Positions 1 to 8,993 of a DNA stretch of 64,000 nt are shown here, piece by piece. The notes beneath the pieces were generated by a model, which was given only the letters and a program-made list of their open reading frames with translations, made no database searches and was not told the DNA's origin. How positions within the stretch are numbered: the stretch's first letter is position 1; each line of letters begins with the position of its first letter. The position numbers and the translations under genes are program-made. The DNA comes from a virus. The DNA is taken from positions 32,001 to 96,000 of IMG/VR virus record IMGVR_UViG_3300021471_000006. One strand, 5' to 3'.

Positions 1-95
1 TAACTGGCTGGAAACCAGAAATAAGTGTAGAAGATACGCTCCAAGAGTTATTAGACTATTGGAGAGAGGAAATCAAAAATGATGAAAACAATTAA
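1..95 (+). CDS. C-terminal fragment of an NAD-dependent sugar dehydratase/epimerase (GDP-mannose 4,6-dehydratase-like), truncated by the window edge
   Basis: Frame from nt 3 reads TGWKPEISVEDTLQELLDYWREEIKNDENN*, a typical GMD/RMD C-terminus; lies next to sugar genes. Confidence 0.7.
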   Translation, partial: TGWKPEISVEDTLQELLDYWREEIKNDENN

Positions 96-333
96 ACATA
101 TTGGAGACTTAATAAAATCTCTAGATGAAGAAAAACCTATAGCTATATTACTTATGGATATAGAGATGTATGAAACTGGAGATGGTAAAAAAATTTACTC
201 ACTTCCTCCGGGACAAATAACAGACATTATAATACATATGTCAAAATTAGTTGATAAAAATATGGTAACTGGATTAATAATAGATAAAAAAGAGTTGAAA
301 GCATTTTTAAATAGAGGTGAGACAGATGTCTAA
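79..333 (+). CDS. hypothetical protein
   Basis: 84-aa ORF overlapping both neighbours in an operon-like arrangement. Confidence 0.55.
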   Translation: MMKTIKHIGDLIKSLDEEKPIAILLMDIEMYETGDGKKIYSLPPGQITDIIIHMSKLVDKNMVTGLIIDKKELKAFLNRGETDV

Positions 334-2602
334 ATTTAGAGTTTCTACTGGAAATTGGATATGTACTCCAAAAGAAAGAAAGATAGTTAACGATATTTTA
401 GATTCCGGCAAAATTTCAGAGGGTCCATATATGAAAAAATTTAGCAAACTGTGGGCAGATTATATTGGAACCCCATATTGTACTACTTTAAATTCTGGAA
501 CTAGTGCATTGATTGTAGGACTTAGAGCCCTCAATTACAAATTGGGCAGATTTATAAAAGTGTTAACAACGCCGTTTACATATATAGCAACTGTGAACTC
601 TATTTACCTCACTGGCAATACTCCAGTGTTCTGCGATATAGAAAGAGAAAGACTTGGATTAGACCCACAAGCAGTAGAAAGAAAACTACAAGAAGACCCA
701 GAAATAGATGCAGTTTTATTAGTGCATATTATGGGAATCCCTTCTAGAGTAGATGAAATCTCAGATATTTGCAGAAAATATGGTGTTCTATTACTTGAAG
801 ATAATTGTTTAGTTAAGGGCACTAAGATATTTGCTAATAAAACCCTAAAAAATATAGAAGATATGAAAAAAGGAGATTTGGTTTTAACTCATAAGGGAAG
901 ATGGAAAAAGGTGTTGAGAGTATTTAAAAGAAAGATTAAAGATGACGTTATACATATTAAATTTTACTATAACAGAGAAGGAGTTAAGGCCACTAAAGAA
1001 CATCCATTTTATGTTTTAAGGGACGGAAAAAAGATATGGGCTAGAGCTGATGATTTAAGGCTATCTGATAAAATAATATATGCTAAAGAGAAGTTTGATA
1101 ATATATCTATAAAAAACGAAATTTCGTGGTTAGATGAAAATAACCAAAAAGAAGTAATAGTGCCAAATGAAGACTTTTATAAACTTTGTGGCCTATATAT
1201 AGCAGAAGGGCATACTTCCAAAAACGGAATAGTTTTTTCATTAAATGAAAATGAGAGGGATTTAGTAGATTTTATATTTAAATTTGCAAAGAATATAAAT
1301 AGGAGTGCTTGTGAAATAAATGATAAAAGAAATGGTGGAACTCAAGTAAAAATTCCATGCAGACCATTGGCTAACATATTTAAAAAATTGTTTGGACATG
1401 GTGCTAAGAATAAGAAAATACCAGATGGGTGGGAAAGTTTACCATCTAGGTATTTGTATTCATTATTAGAAGGATATTTACTTGGAGATGGTTACTTAAA
1501 CAAAAAAAGATTACACATAGCTACAGCATCTAAAAAACTTTATTCACAATTAATTAGAATTATGAATAATTTAAATATATTTACACAACTTTATGAAACA
1601 GAAGGAGAAGAAAGTATTATTAGAGGAAAAAAAGTTAAATCTGGCAGAATATATCATATACTATGTCAGGGAAATACTAAAGAAGAGTTATATAAGAACA
1701 TACATCAAGATTCATATAAGACTAGAAAATCTTTTGGAGATTATGATGACGAATATCTCTATATACCAATTAGAAGTCTAGATACCGTTTATTATGAAGG
1801 TTATGTCTATAATATAGAAGTAGAAGATGATAATTCGTATAGTTTACCAATGTGTACAACTCACAATTGTCAGGCTTATGGAACAGAATATAAGGGAAAG
1901 ATGTTAGGAAGTTATGGTCTTTGGAGTGCTTGTAGCTTTTTTATTGCACACACTATTCAAGTGTCTGAAATGGGAACGTTAAATACATATGATAGAACTT
2001 TATTCAGATATTTTGATAAGTTAAAGTCTAATGGAAGAACTGCAGCATTTGACAGAGAATTAGAGAAATATTTTGTAGAAAAAGTAGAAGAAGATAAAAG
2101 GGATTTACATCCTAGATATTATCATGATATGGTTAGTGGAAATTATAGAACTCAGGAGTTCTCTGCTGGAATAGCGTGTGCACAATTCGAGAAAATAGAT
2201 GAAATAATAAAAAAGAGAAACGAGAATGTAAAATATTTATTGGATAATTTAGTACCAAAATATGGGAACATATTACAGTTTCCAATATACGATGAAAAAA
2301 TCGCATATCTTGGATTTCCAATGGTAATAAAGAATCCAACAATTGAAAGAAGATGGATTAGAGAAGAATTTGAAAAAAAAGGCATAGAAACGAGACCTAT
2401 GTATGGTTGTCTGCCTCTTGACATGCCATCGTTTGAACATCTTAGAAACGAATATAAGATGAAACTTCCTGCATCAGAGGATATTGGTAGAAATGCGTGG
2501 TATATTGGGTGCCATCAATATCTAACCAAAAAAGACCTTGACTATATAATAAGTGTGTTTGATGAGGTACTTAAGAAACATGAGAGAGTGGCAAAAAAAT
2601 AG
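317..2602 (+). CDS. DegT/DnrJ/EryC1/StrS-family PLP enzyme, likely a ColD/RfbH-type 3-dehydratase, with an intein
   Basis: Motifs NSGTSAL, TTPFTYIAT, LLEDN|CQAYG, ETRP; SFFIAH has His at the usual PLP-lysine position. Confidence 0.88.
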   Translation: MRQMSKFRVSTGNWICTPKERKIVNDILDSGKISEGPYMKKFSKLWADYIGTPYCTTLNSGTSALIVGLRALNYKLGRFIKVLTTPFTYIATVNSIYLTGNTPVFCDIERERLGLDPQAVERKLQEDPEIDAVLLVHIMGIPSRVDEISDICRKYGVLLLEDNCLVKGTKIFANKTLKNIEDMKKGDLVLTHKGRWKKVLRVFKRKIKDDVIHIKFYYNREGVKATKEHPFYVLRDGKKIWARADDLRLSDKIIYAKEKFDNISIKNEISWLDENNQKEVIVPNEDFYKLCGLYIAEGHTSKNGIVFSLNENERDLVDFIFKFAKNINRSACEINDKRNGGTQVKIPCRPLANIFKKLFGHGAKNKKIPDGWESLPSRYLYSLLEGYLLGDGYLNKKRLHIATASKKLYSQLIRIMNNLNIFTQLYETEGEESIIRGKKVKSGRIYHILCQGNTKEELYKNIHQDSYKTRKSFGDYDDEYLYIPIRSLDTVYYEGYVYNIEVEDDNSYSLPMCTTHNCQAYGTEYKGKMLGSYGLWSACSFFIAHTIQVSEMGTLNTYDRTLFRYFDKLKSNGRTAAFDRELEKYFVEKVEEDKRDLHPRYYHDMVSGNYRTQEFSAGIACAQFEKIDEIIKKRNENVKYLLDNLVPKYGNILQFPIYDEKIAYLGFPMVIKNPTIERRWIREEFEKKGIETRPMYGCLPLDMPSFEHLRNEYKMKLPASEDIGRNAWYIGCHQYLTKKDLDYIISVFDEVLKKHERVAKK
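806..1867 (+). mobile_element. intein with LAGLIDADG homing endonuclease (354 aa) in the DegT-family gene
   Basis: Starts CLVKGTKI, ends VYNIEVEDDNSY...THN followed by Cys; LAGLIDADG motifs GLYIAEG and GYLLGDG. Confidence 0.93.
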
Positions 2603-2692
2603 AAGAAAGAGACTCGAATATGAAGAAAAAGTAAGAGAATTAGAGATGGTAGAGAAAAAAATAGCTATGCTAAAAAAAGAGTTGAACAAAGA

Positions 2693-3775
2693 ATGAGAAT
2701 ACTTTATTTTGGGGGCGAGAGTGCCAATTTTGTTATAGAGACTTGCAATGCTTTATGTAGACAGGGACATAAAGTTACAGCTGTAGTACAGCAACTTGAC
2801 GAATATGATAAAGATAATCCAGTTCTGGAACATGAGAACCTAAGTAGAATAAATGTCGATTATGCAACAATGTTTAATCCAATTAGAATGAAGAATAGAT
2901 TAATAGCGGAATTTGCGAGAAAGAAATTCGATTTAATATTTGGTTCACATGCTCCAATAACTCCGGTATTACATGATTTGGCTAGAACATATGGATTGCC
3001 TTGGGGAGTTATGTTATTAGATATACCAACTCATACAATGAGAACCCAGCGCTGGAGAATGAAACAATGGAATTACTGGTTTCAGTTTTTAAGACAGGCA
3101 GATATAGTGGTTTTTAATAATACTATTGCAAGAGACGAATTTTATGCATATACTAGAAACTGGATTCCGGATGACCATATAATACATTATGGTACTTTTA
3201 GACCAAAAGAATATCGAGAGGCTGGAATAACAATAAGAGGCGATTATGTTCTCTCCATTTGCAGACTACATCCTATTAAGAACTGTAAAGTTATACCAAT
3301 GGCTTTAAATTTGTTAAATAGTGACTTAAAGTATATGGCCGTCGGAAGAGATGCTGGAGAATTAGAATTTATAAAAAACTATTGTAAAAAGAACAATATC
3401 TCTTTTGAATGGAGAGGCATAGTAACAGAGAAAGAAAAATGGGAGTTAATAAAAAACTGCTCAATGTTTATATATCCCCAAGATACAAAATATATTGGAG
3501 GACAGGCATGTTTAGAGGCCATGTGGGCTGGAAAGCCCGTATTGGCTAGTGACTATGGCGTATTAAGAGAATTATATGGAAATGCTGCCTTTTATTTTGA
3601 CCCAAAGAATATTGAAAATTTAGCAGAGAAAATAGCGTTTGTTAAGGCTGCAAAAATAAAAACATTAGAACCATTTCTTAGAGAAGGAGTGGAACAATCA
3701 GAAAAAATAGGAAGTTATGATAAAATGGGAGAACTGCTCTCAAATTTATTCAAAAAATATTTAAAAAAGGAGTGA
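2693..3775 (+). CDS. glycosyltransferase, GT4 (GT-B) family
   Basis: RLHPIKN, GQACLEAMWAGKPVLASD, FYFDPKNIENLAEKI. Confidence 0.88.
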   Translation: MRILYFGGESANFVIETCNALCRQGHKVTAVVQQLDEYDKDNPVLEHENLSRINVDYATMFNPIRMKNRLIAEFARKKFDLIFGSHAPITPVLHDLARTYGLPWGVMLLDIPTHTMRTQRWRMKQWNYWFQFLRQADIVVFNNTIARDEFYAYTRNWIPDDHIIHYGTFRPKEYREAGITIRGDYVLSICRLHPIKNCKVIPMALNLLNSDLKYMAVGRDAGELEFIKNYCKKNNISFEWRGIVTEKEKWELIKNCSMFIYPQDTKYIGGQACLEAMWAGKPVLASDYGVLRELYGNAAFYFDPKNIENLAEKIAFVKAAKIKTLEPFLREGVEQSEKIGSYDKMGELLSNLFKKYLKKE

Positions 3776-4317
3776 TAAAGATGAGAAAAATCTTATTGAT
3801 AATAACAATGTTATTGTTATTGGTTTCTACTGTCTCTGCAGGAACATTAAGACTTACCAGAAGTTCTTTAAATGAATGTGAGCGCATGAAAAGAGTTCAA
3901 GAATACTATGGTAGAGATTGTGGAGATTGTTATGAAAGAGAAATACAGAACAATATTGTATATTCTATGATATGTGAAGTAGAAAATTATTGCTGGCACA
4001 GTTGTACTCCGGAAGATAATGGTTGTCAGGGCAGATACTGGAGAGAGTGCAAAAATAAAACGGGACCGACTGGCTGTGTTAACTGGAAGGGATTATCTAA
4101 AGTAGTTGGTAAATGTGGAATAGAATGTAAAGAAGATAGTGATTGCCCTGAAGAATGGCAAATATGCGGATATGTTCAAGGAAAAGCTAATATGTGTAAA
4201 GGAACTCCACCATCACCAACAGACCCAATAGTAGTGCCAGAAAAATATTCCTCTTTTTGGGAGAGATTGTTGGCGTTTATTAGATTTATAATGTCTGGTT
4301 TTAGGAGCTGGGAATGA
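3772..4317 (+). CDS. secreted cysteine-rich surface or virion protein
   Basis: N-terminal signal peptide (ILLIITMLLLLVSTVSA), many Cys, Pro-rich linker, amphipathic C-terminal helix FWERLLAFIRFIM. Confidence 0.6.
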   Translation: MIKMRKILLIITMLLLLVSTVSAGTLRLTRSSLNECERMKRVQEYYGRDCGDCYEREIQNNIVYSMICEVENYCWHSCTPEDNGCQGRYWRECKNKTGPTGCVNWKGLSKVVGKCGIECKEDSDCPEEWQICGYVQGKANMCKGTPPSPTDPIVVPEKYSSFWERLLAFIRFIMSGFRSWE

Positions 4318-4919
4318 AAGTAGTAATTTTAGCAGGAGGACGAGGTGAGAGGCTTAGGCCCTTAACAGATAGGGTGCCCAAGCCACTTTTAATGGTAGGA
4401 AAAAAGCCTTTCATATTTCATCTAGTTGAAAATTTAAGAAGACGGGGATTTACAGAACAGACCATATTAGCAGGATATTTGGGAGATAAGATTTTTGAGG
4501 CATTTTTATCAGAAAATCCAAATATAAGTTGGGATGTAAAAATTGAATCTCGTCCACTTGGAACTGCTGGTGCACTAAAATTAATAGAAAATGAATTTAA
4601 AGATGAGAGATTTATAGTTATGAATGGAGATACTTGGTTTGATTTTAATCTTTGGAAATTAATAGAGGAGCACAAGAAAAACGAATATTTGATTACAGTC
4701 GCAGAAGTGAACGGTGTTGACAGTGGAGTTGCAGTTATAGAAAGAGAGGCGCTAGAATTAATTAAAGAAGGAGATTCATTAAACAAAGACCTCTATCCAT
4801 TGCTTGAAGAATGGAAAATGTTAAAAAGAGTTGAAGTAGATGGAGAATTCTTCGATATTGGAGATTCTCTAAAAGCATACAAAAAATTCAGAGAGTGGAA
4901 GGATGTTATAATAAAATGA
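4314..4919 (+). CDS. hddC: sugar-1-phosphate nucleotidyltransferase (HddC-like heptose-1-P guanylyltransferase)
   Basis: VILAGGRGERLRPLTDRVPKPL, PLGTAGAL, NGDT; lies beside hddA/gmhA/gmhB. Confidence 0.8.
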   Translation: MKVVILAGGRGERLRPLTDRVPKPLLMVGKKPFIFHLVENLRRRGFTEQTILAGYLGDKIFEAFLSENPNISWDVKIESRPLGTAGALKLIENEFKDERFIVMNGDTWFDFNLWKLIEEHKKNEYLITVAEVNGVDSGVAVIEREALELIKEGDSLNKDLYPLLEEWKMLKRVEVDGEFFDIGDSLKAYKKFREWKDVIIK

Positions 4920-5926
4920 TAATAAGAGCAAGAGCGCCCGTTAGAATTAGTTTCGCGGGCGGAGGAACAGATGTAAGCCCGTATTGTGAAGAAAAGGGAG
5001 GCTGTGTAGTTAATGCAGCTATTAACAAATATGCTTATGCTACACTTACAACAACTAAAGACAAAGTCATTGTCGAGTCTTCAGATTTCAACCAAACTCA
5101 AGAGTTCAGAAATATAACAGATATTTATTATAACGGACAGCTTGACTTGCTTAAGGCTGTAATAAAACACTATGGAAAAGAGAATATCAAACTTTTTCTC
5201 AGAAGTGATACTCCACCCAGAAGTGGTCTTGGAAGTAGCGCATCTGCGTTTGTTGCGGCTATGGGAGTATTTGAGCATCTTAAAAATGAAAACTCTATGA
5301 CAAACTATGAGATAGCAGAATTAGCCTATAAACTCGAAAGAGAAGAATTAAAAAACTATGGAGGCAGGCAAGACCAGTATGCAGCAGTGTTTGGAGGAAT
5401 AAATTTTATGGAGTTCAAAGGAAATGATTTTGTAAAAATAAGTCCATTAAAATTATCCAAAGATGTATTGCTTGAGCTCGAGAAAAATCTAGTATTAGTA
5501 AACATTGGAGAAAGAAGGGATTCTGGAGACATCTTAATTGACCAGACTGCTAGATATGAAAAAGGCAAAGAGAAAGTTATAAATGCTATGGATAGAAGCA
5601 AGGAACTTGCAATAGAAGTTAAGAAGGCTCTTATTAAAGGAGACTTGAATAGATTTGGAAATTTACTTCACGAAGCATGGGAAGAAAAAAAGAAATACAG
5701 TAAAATGATATCTAATTTGAAAATAGATTATCTATATAAAATTGCTAGAAATGCTGGAGCCATAGGTGGAAAAGTCTCTGGTGCTGGCGGCGGCGGACAT
5801 ATGATATTTTATTGCAAACCAAATACGGAACAACTTGTATCAAAGACATTAGAAGCTGCAGGATGCCGAGTTGTATCATTTAGTTTCGATACGAATGGAT
5901 TACAGTCTTGGGAGATTAGAAAATGA
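4916..5926 (+). CDS. hddA: D-glycero-alpha-D-manno-heptose-7-phosphate kinase (GHMP kinase)
   Basis: RAPVRISFAGGGTD, PPRSGLGSS, GGRQDQYAA, GGKVSGAGGGG. Confidence 0.92.
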   Translation: MIIRARAPVRISFAGGGTDVSPYCEEKGGCVVNAAINKYAYATLTTTKDKVIVESSDFNQTQEFRNITDIYYNGQLDLLKAVIKHYGKENIKLFLRSDTPPRSGLGSSASAFVAAMGVFEHLKNENSMTNYEIAELAYKLEREELKNYGGRQDQYAAVFGGINFMEFKGNDFVKISPLKLSKDVLLELEKNLVLVNIGERRDSGDILIDQTARYEKGKEKVINAMDRSKELAIEVKKALIKGDLNRFGNLLHEAWEEKKKYSKMISNLKIDYLYKIARNAGAIGGKVSGAGGGGHMIFYCKPNTEQLVSKTLEAAGCRVVSFSFDTNGLQSWEIRK

Positions 5927-6501
5927 ATAATAAAATCAAAAATCTAATTAAAGAGTCTATAAGAGTTAAAAAGATTCTCCTAAAAGAAGAAATTATTTCT
6001 AATATTAAAACTGTTACAGATGTAATTATAGATGCATTAATCAATGGAAGAAAAGTGCTTATTTTTGGTAATGGTGGCTCAGCTGCAGATGCACAACATT
6101 TTGCAGCAGAATTGTCTGGAAAATTTAAAAAAATTAGAAGAGCTCTTCCAGCAATGGCTTTAACAGTTAATCCAAGTGTGGTAACTGCTATAGCTAATGA
6201 TTTTGGATATGAACGAGTATTTGAAAGGCAGATTGAGGCACATGCTAAATCTGGAGATATAGTAATAGGCATATCGACCTCTGGTAATTCAAATAATGTA
6301 AATCTTGCACTACAGAGTGCTAATAATTTAGGATGTTTTACAGTAGGATTGATAGGCAAAGATGGAGGAAAAATGAAAAGTTTTTGTGATTTAGAAATAA
6401 CTGTTCCAACATCTGATACTCCAAGAATACAGGAAGCACATATTTTAATAATACATATAATATGTGAACTAATAGAAAACAAGATGTTTAAAAATGAGTA
6501 A
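5923..6501 (+). CDS. gmhA: phosphoheptose (sedoheptulose-7-P) isomerase
   Basis: GNGGSAADAQHFAAEL, TAIANDFGY, ISTSGNS, TPRIQEAH. Confidence 0.96.
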   Translation: MNNKIKNLIKESIRVKKILLKEEIISNIKTVTDVIIDALINGRKVLIFGNGGSAADAQHFAAELSGKFKKIRRALPAMALTVNPSVVTAIANDFGYERVFERQIEAHAKSGDIVIGISTSGNSNNVNLALQSANNLGCFTVGLIGKDGGKMKSFCDLEITVPTSDTPRIQEAHILIIHIICELIENKMFKNE

Positions 6502-6694
6502 TGAACAAATAAAGAAAATCCCTACAACTGTAACATATAAAATAATTAGAAAAGAGAGACTCATTACTCCCCAAAATAATATTCTAGAGGAGAAGGAGCT
6601 AACTATAGAGGCAGAATCTTCAACAAGAGCTGCTGTCCTATATGAAGAGTTTAAAGACGAGGTATTTAAAAAATGCAAGATAAAATCAAAGTAG
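6494..6694 (+). CDS. hypothetical protein
   Basis: 66-aa ORF overlapping gmhA and gmhB. Confidence 0.5.
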   Translation: MSNEQIKKIPTTVTYKIIRKERLITPQNNILEEKELTIEAESSTRAAVLYEEFKDEVFKKCKIKSK

Positions 6695-7164
6695 TGTTTT
6701 TAGATAGAGATGGAACAATAAATTATGATGACGGATATGTTTATAAAGTTGAAGACCTTAAACTTATGCCATACGTAATAAGAGGTCTACAGTTACTTCA
6801 AGAGAAAGGATACAAACTTGTAATTACTACAAATCAGCCAGGAATAGGCTATGGATATTATACTAAAAAAGAGTTTGAAGAATATATGGACTCGCTTCAA
6901 GAAAAACTATTAAAACATGGAATAAGTTTTTTTGATGTGTTATATTGTCCACATACTAAAGAAGATGAATGTGATTGTAGAAAACCTAAAACGGGAATGG
7001 TAGACAGATTTTTAAAAAACAATAATGTAGACATAAAAAATTCTTGGGTAATAGGAGATAGACTTAGTGACATTGAGTTTGCAAAAAATTTGGGGTGTAA
7101 GAGTGTTCAAATAATAAGTCTACTTACAGCCGCTAATATGATTATACATGGTGAGTTAAGATGA
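6673..7164 (+). CDS. gmhB: heptose bisphosphate phosphatase (HAD family)
   Basis: FLDRDGTIN, TNQPGIG, YCPH...CDCRKPKTGM, IGDRLSD. Confidence 0.94.
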   Translation: MQDKIKVVFLDRDGTINYDDGYVYKVEDLKLMPYVIRGLQLLQEKGYKLVITTNQPGIGYGYYTKKEFEEYMDSLQEKLLKHGISFFDVLYCPHTKEDECDCRKPKTGMVDRFLKNNNVDIKNSWVIGDRLSDIEFAKNLGCKSVQIISLLTAANMIIHGELR

Positions 7165-8240
7165 AAATACTAATGCTAGGATACTTTGCAGATAACCAAA
7201 CGGGCATATATATAATGAATAATCTGAAAGAATATGCTTCAGATGTCGCTGCAGTAGACATAAGAAGAATAGTTCAAGAAATAGGAAGTGGAGAAAGTCA
7301 AGATATAATACTAGAAGAGATAGACGACCTCAAAATCAATCCAGATATAATTTTAGTTCTTAAAGGTCTTGAACTGGCTCCAGATACAATTGAAAAACTA
7401 AAACAAAAGTTTCCTAAAGCAAAAATTGTTAACTGGATGTTTGATAAGTTTATAGGAGGTATACCAGTATGGGAGAATGAAAAATATAAAGAAGTTATAA
7501 AACTTTATGATATGTTCTTCTGCAGTCTAAAGGGTGTTGCTGATAGACTAAAAAACATTGGATTTGATAATGTATACTGGATGCCCGAGGCAGCAGACGA
7601 GAATTTTCATGGAAGAACATATATGAATCATTATCAAAAACAGAAATATGGAGATGATGTGGCATTTATAGGAACTTTAGGTCTAGTTAAGCTGCATCCA
7701 AATAGATTACCAATACTAAATAAAATAGGAAAAGAGGGTTTTAGACTAAAAATATGGGGCAATGTAATAGGAGAATGGAAGAATATACCAAGAGATGTAA
7801 GAAGATTTCATATGCAAGAGACAGCAATAAATATAGGGCATTCAAAAGTAGTACAGTCTACTTTAATAAATTTATCAATTGACCAAGACCCAGAACTAGA
7901 ACTTGGACAATCTGCTAGATTATATAGAATAATGTGTGCGGGCGGTTTTGTGCTGTCTACTGCCACAAAAGGTCTAGAGAAGATGTTTAAGATAAATGAA
8001 TCCAAAACTGCTCCAATTACCGAAGATTTAGATTTTGTCGTCTTTTATGATTTAGACGACTTAGTAGATAAGTTAGATTATCTACTAGAACAGAATGATT
8101 TAAGAGAGAAAATTGCAGAAAATGGAAGAAAGAAAGTGTTAGAAAAACACACTTTCAAAACACGATGTAAAGAATTATTAGAGGTGATTAAAGGTGAAAC
8201 CAAGGAATACCTTATCCCAGAAAGCGAAAAAAGAACTTGA
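7161..8240 (+). CDS. glycosyltransferase (CgeB / Glyco_trans_1_2-like)
   Basis: DVAFIGT, SARLYRIMCAGGFVLS, LREKIAENGRKKVLEKHTF. Confidence 0.82.
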   Translation: MKILMLGYFADNQTGIYIMNNLKEYASDVAAVDIRRIVQEIGSGESQDIILEEIDDLKINPDIILVLKGLELAPDTIEKLKQKFPKAKIVNWMFDKFIGGIPVWENEKYKEVIKLYDMFFCSLKGVADRLKNIGFDNVYWMPEAADENFHGRTYMNHYQKQKYGDDVAFIGTLGLVKLHPNRLPILNKIGKEGFRLKIWGNVIGEWKNIPRDVRRFHMQETAINIGHSKVVQSTLINLSIDQDPELELGQSARLYRIMCAGGFVLSTATKGLEKMFKINESKTAPITEDLDFVVFYDLDDLVDKLDYLLEQNDLREKIAENGRKKVLEKHTFKTRCKELLEVIKGETKEYLIPESEKRT

Positions 8241-8365
8241 CAAGATAAGAGAAAAAAACAAACTTGAATTGGCTAGAGTTATAGAACATCTATATATGGA
8301 AGGTCATAAGTTATCAGATGCCATTAGAATAGCCGAAAGGCGTTTAAAAACAGAGGTGTAGAAAA

Positions 8366-8626
8366 ATGGCTAAAAAGAAAAAAGAACCAAAGGTAAGTTT
8401 TACAAGAGAATATTATAGTAAAAAAGCCGGCGAAGAGCCAGTGCATATTAAAGAGACATTCACTGGAGAAGAAGCTATTAAAGAAATTGAGAACTTAAAT
8501 AAAAAGCTCTCAACATCTACACGAAAACGTCTTACATGCTTTAATCCATTTCTCGAAGAGTGTGAATGTGAAGAGATATGTCCTATGTGTGGAAGAAGAA
8601 AAAGACCATGGAGAATCTGGTGGTAA
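8366..8626 (+). CDS. hypothetical protein with a Cys cluster
   Basis: GAGGTG SD upstream; CECEEICPMCG. Confidence 0.55.
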   Translation: MAKKKKEPKVSFTREYYSKKAGEEPVHIKETFTGEEAIKEIENLNKKLSTSTRKRLTCFNPFLEECECEEICPMCGRRKRPWRIWW

Positions 8627-8628
8627 AA

Positions 8629-8784
8629 ATGCCAAGACCCAGAAAAGGAGAGAAGAAATCAGAGTTTATAAGTAGATGTATTTCAATGGTAATTAAGGAG
8701 TCTGGTACAAAAAGCCAGGCTCATGCCATCGCAAAATGTCATGGAATATGGAAACAACATTTAAAGAAAAAACGTAAGAGGTGA
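8629..8784 (+). CDS. small basic phage-type protein
   Basis: MPRPRKGEKKSEFISRC...AIAKCHGIW resembles a small motif seen in tailed-virus head regions. Confidence 0.5.
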   Translation: MPRPRKGEKKSEFISRCISMVIKESGTKSQAHAIAKCHGIWKQHLKKKRKR

Positions 8785-8993
8785 AAATTATGCCAAATGT
8801 AATGCCATGCGGCCACAACGATGTGTGGATGTTTAGAGTCAGAGATAGAGGACGTGTATACAGATATTGCTTAAAATGTCTATTTGACAAAACAGGTATG
8901 GAAGATGTATACTCGAAACCAACATCAGTAGAAACTGCAGTAAAGCCTAAAGTAAAAGAAGATAAATTAAAAAAGAAAAAATATAAGAAATGA
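8781..8993 (+). CDS. hypothetical zinc-ribbon protein
   Basis: PCGH...YCLKC; overlaps the terminase start. Confidence 0.5.
   Translation: MKIMPNVMPCGHNDVWMFRVRDRGRVYRYCLKCLFDKTGMEDVYSKPTSVETAVKPKVKEDKLKKKKYKK

Noticed and set aside
1-95. YWREEIK as another W-box
   Set aside because: It is the normal conserved C-terminal helix of GMD/RMD-family enzymes
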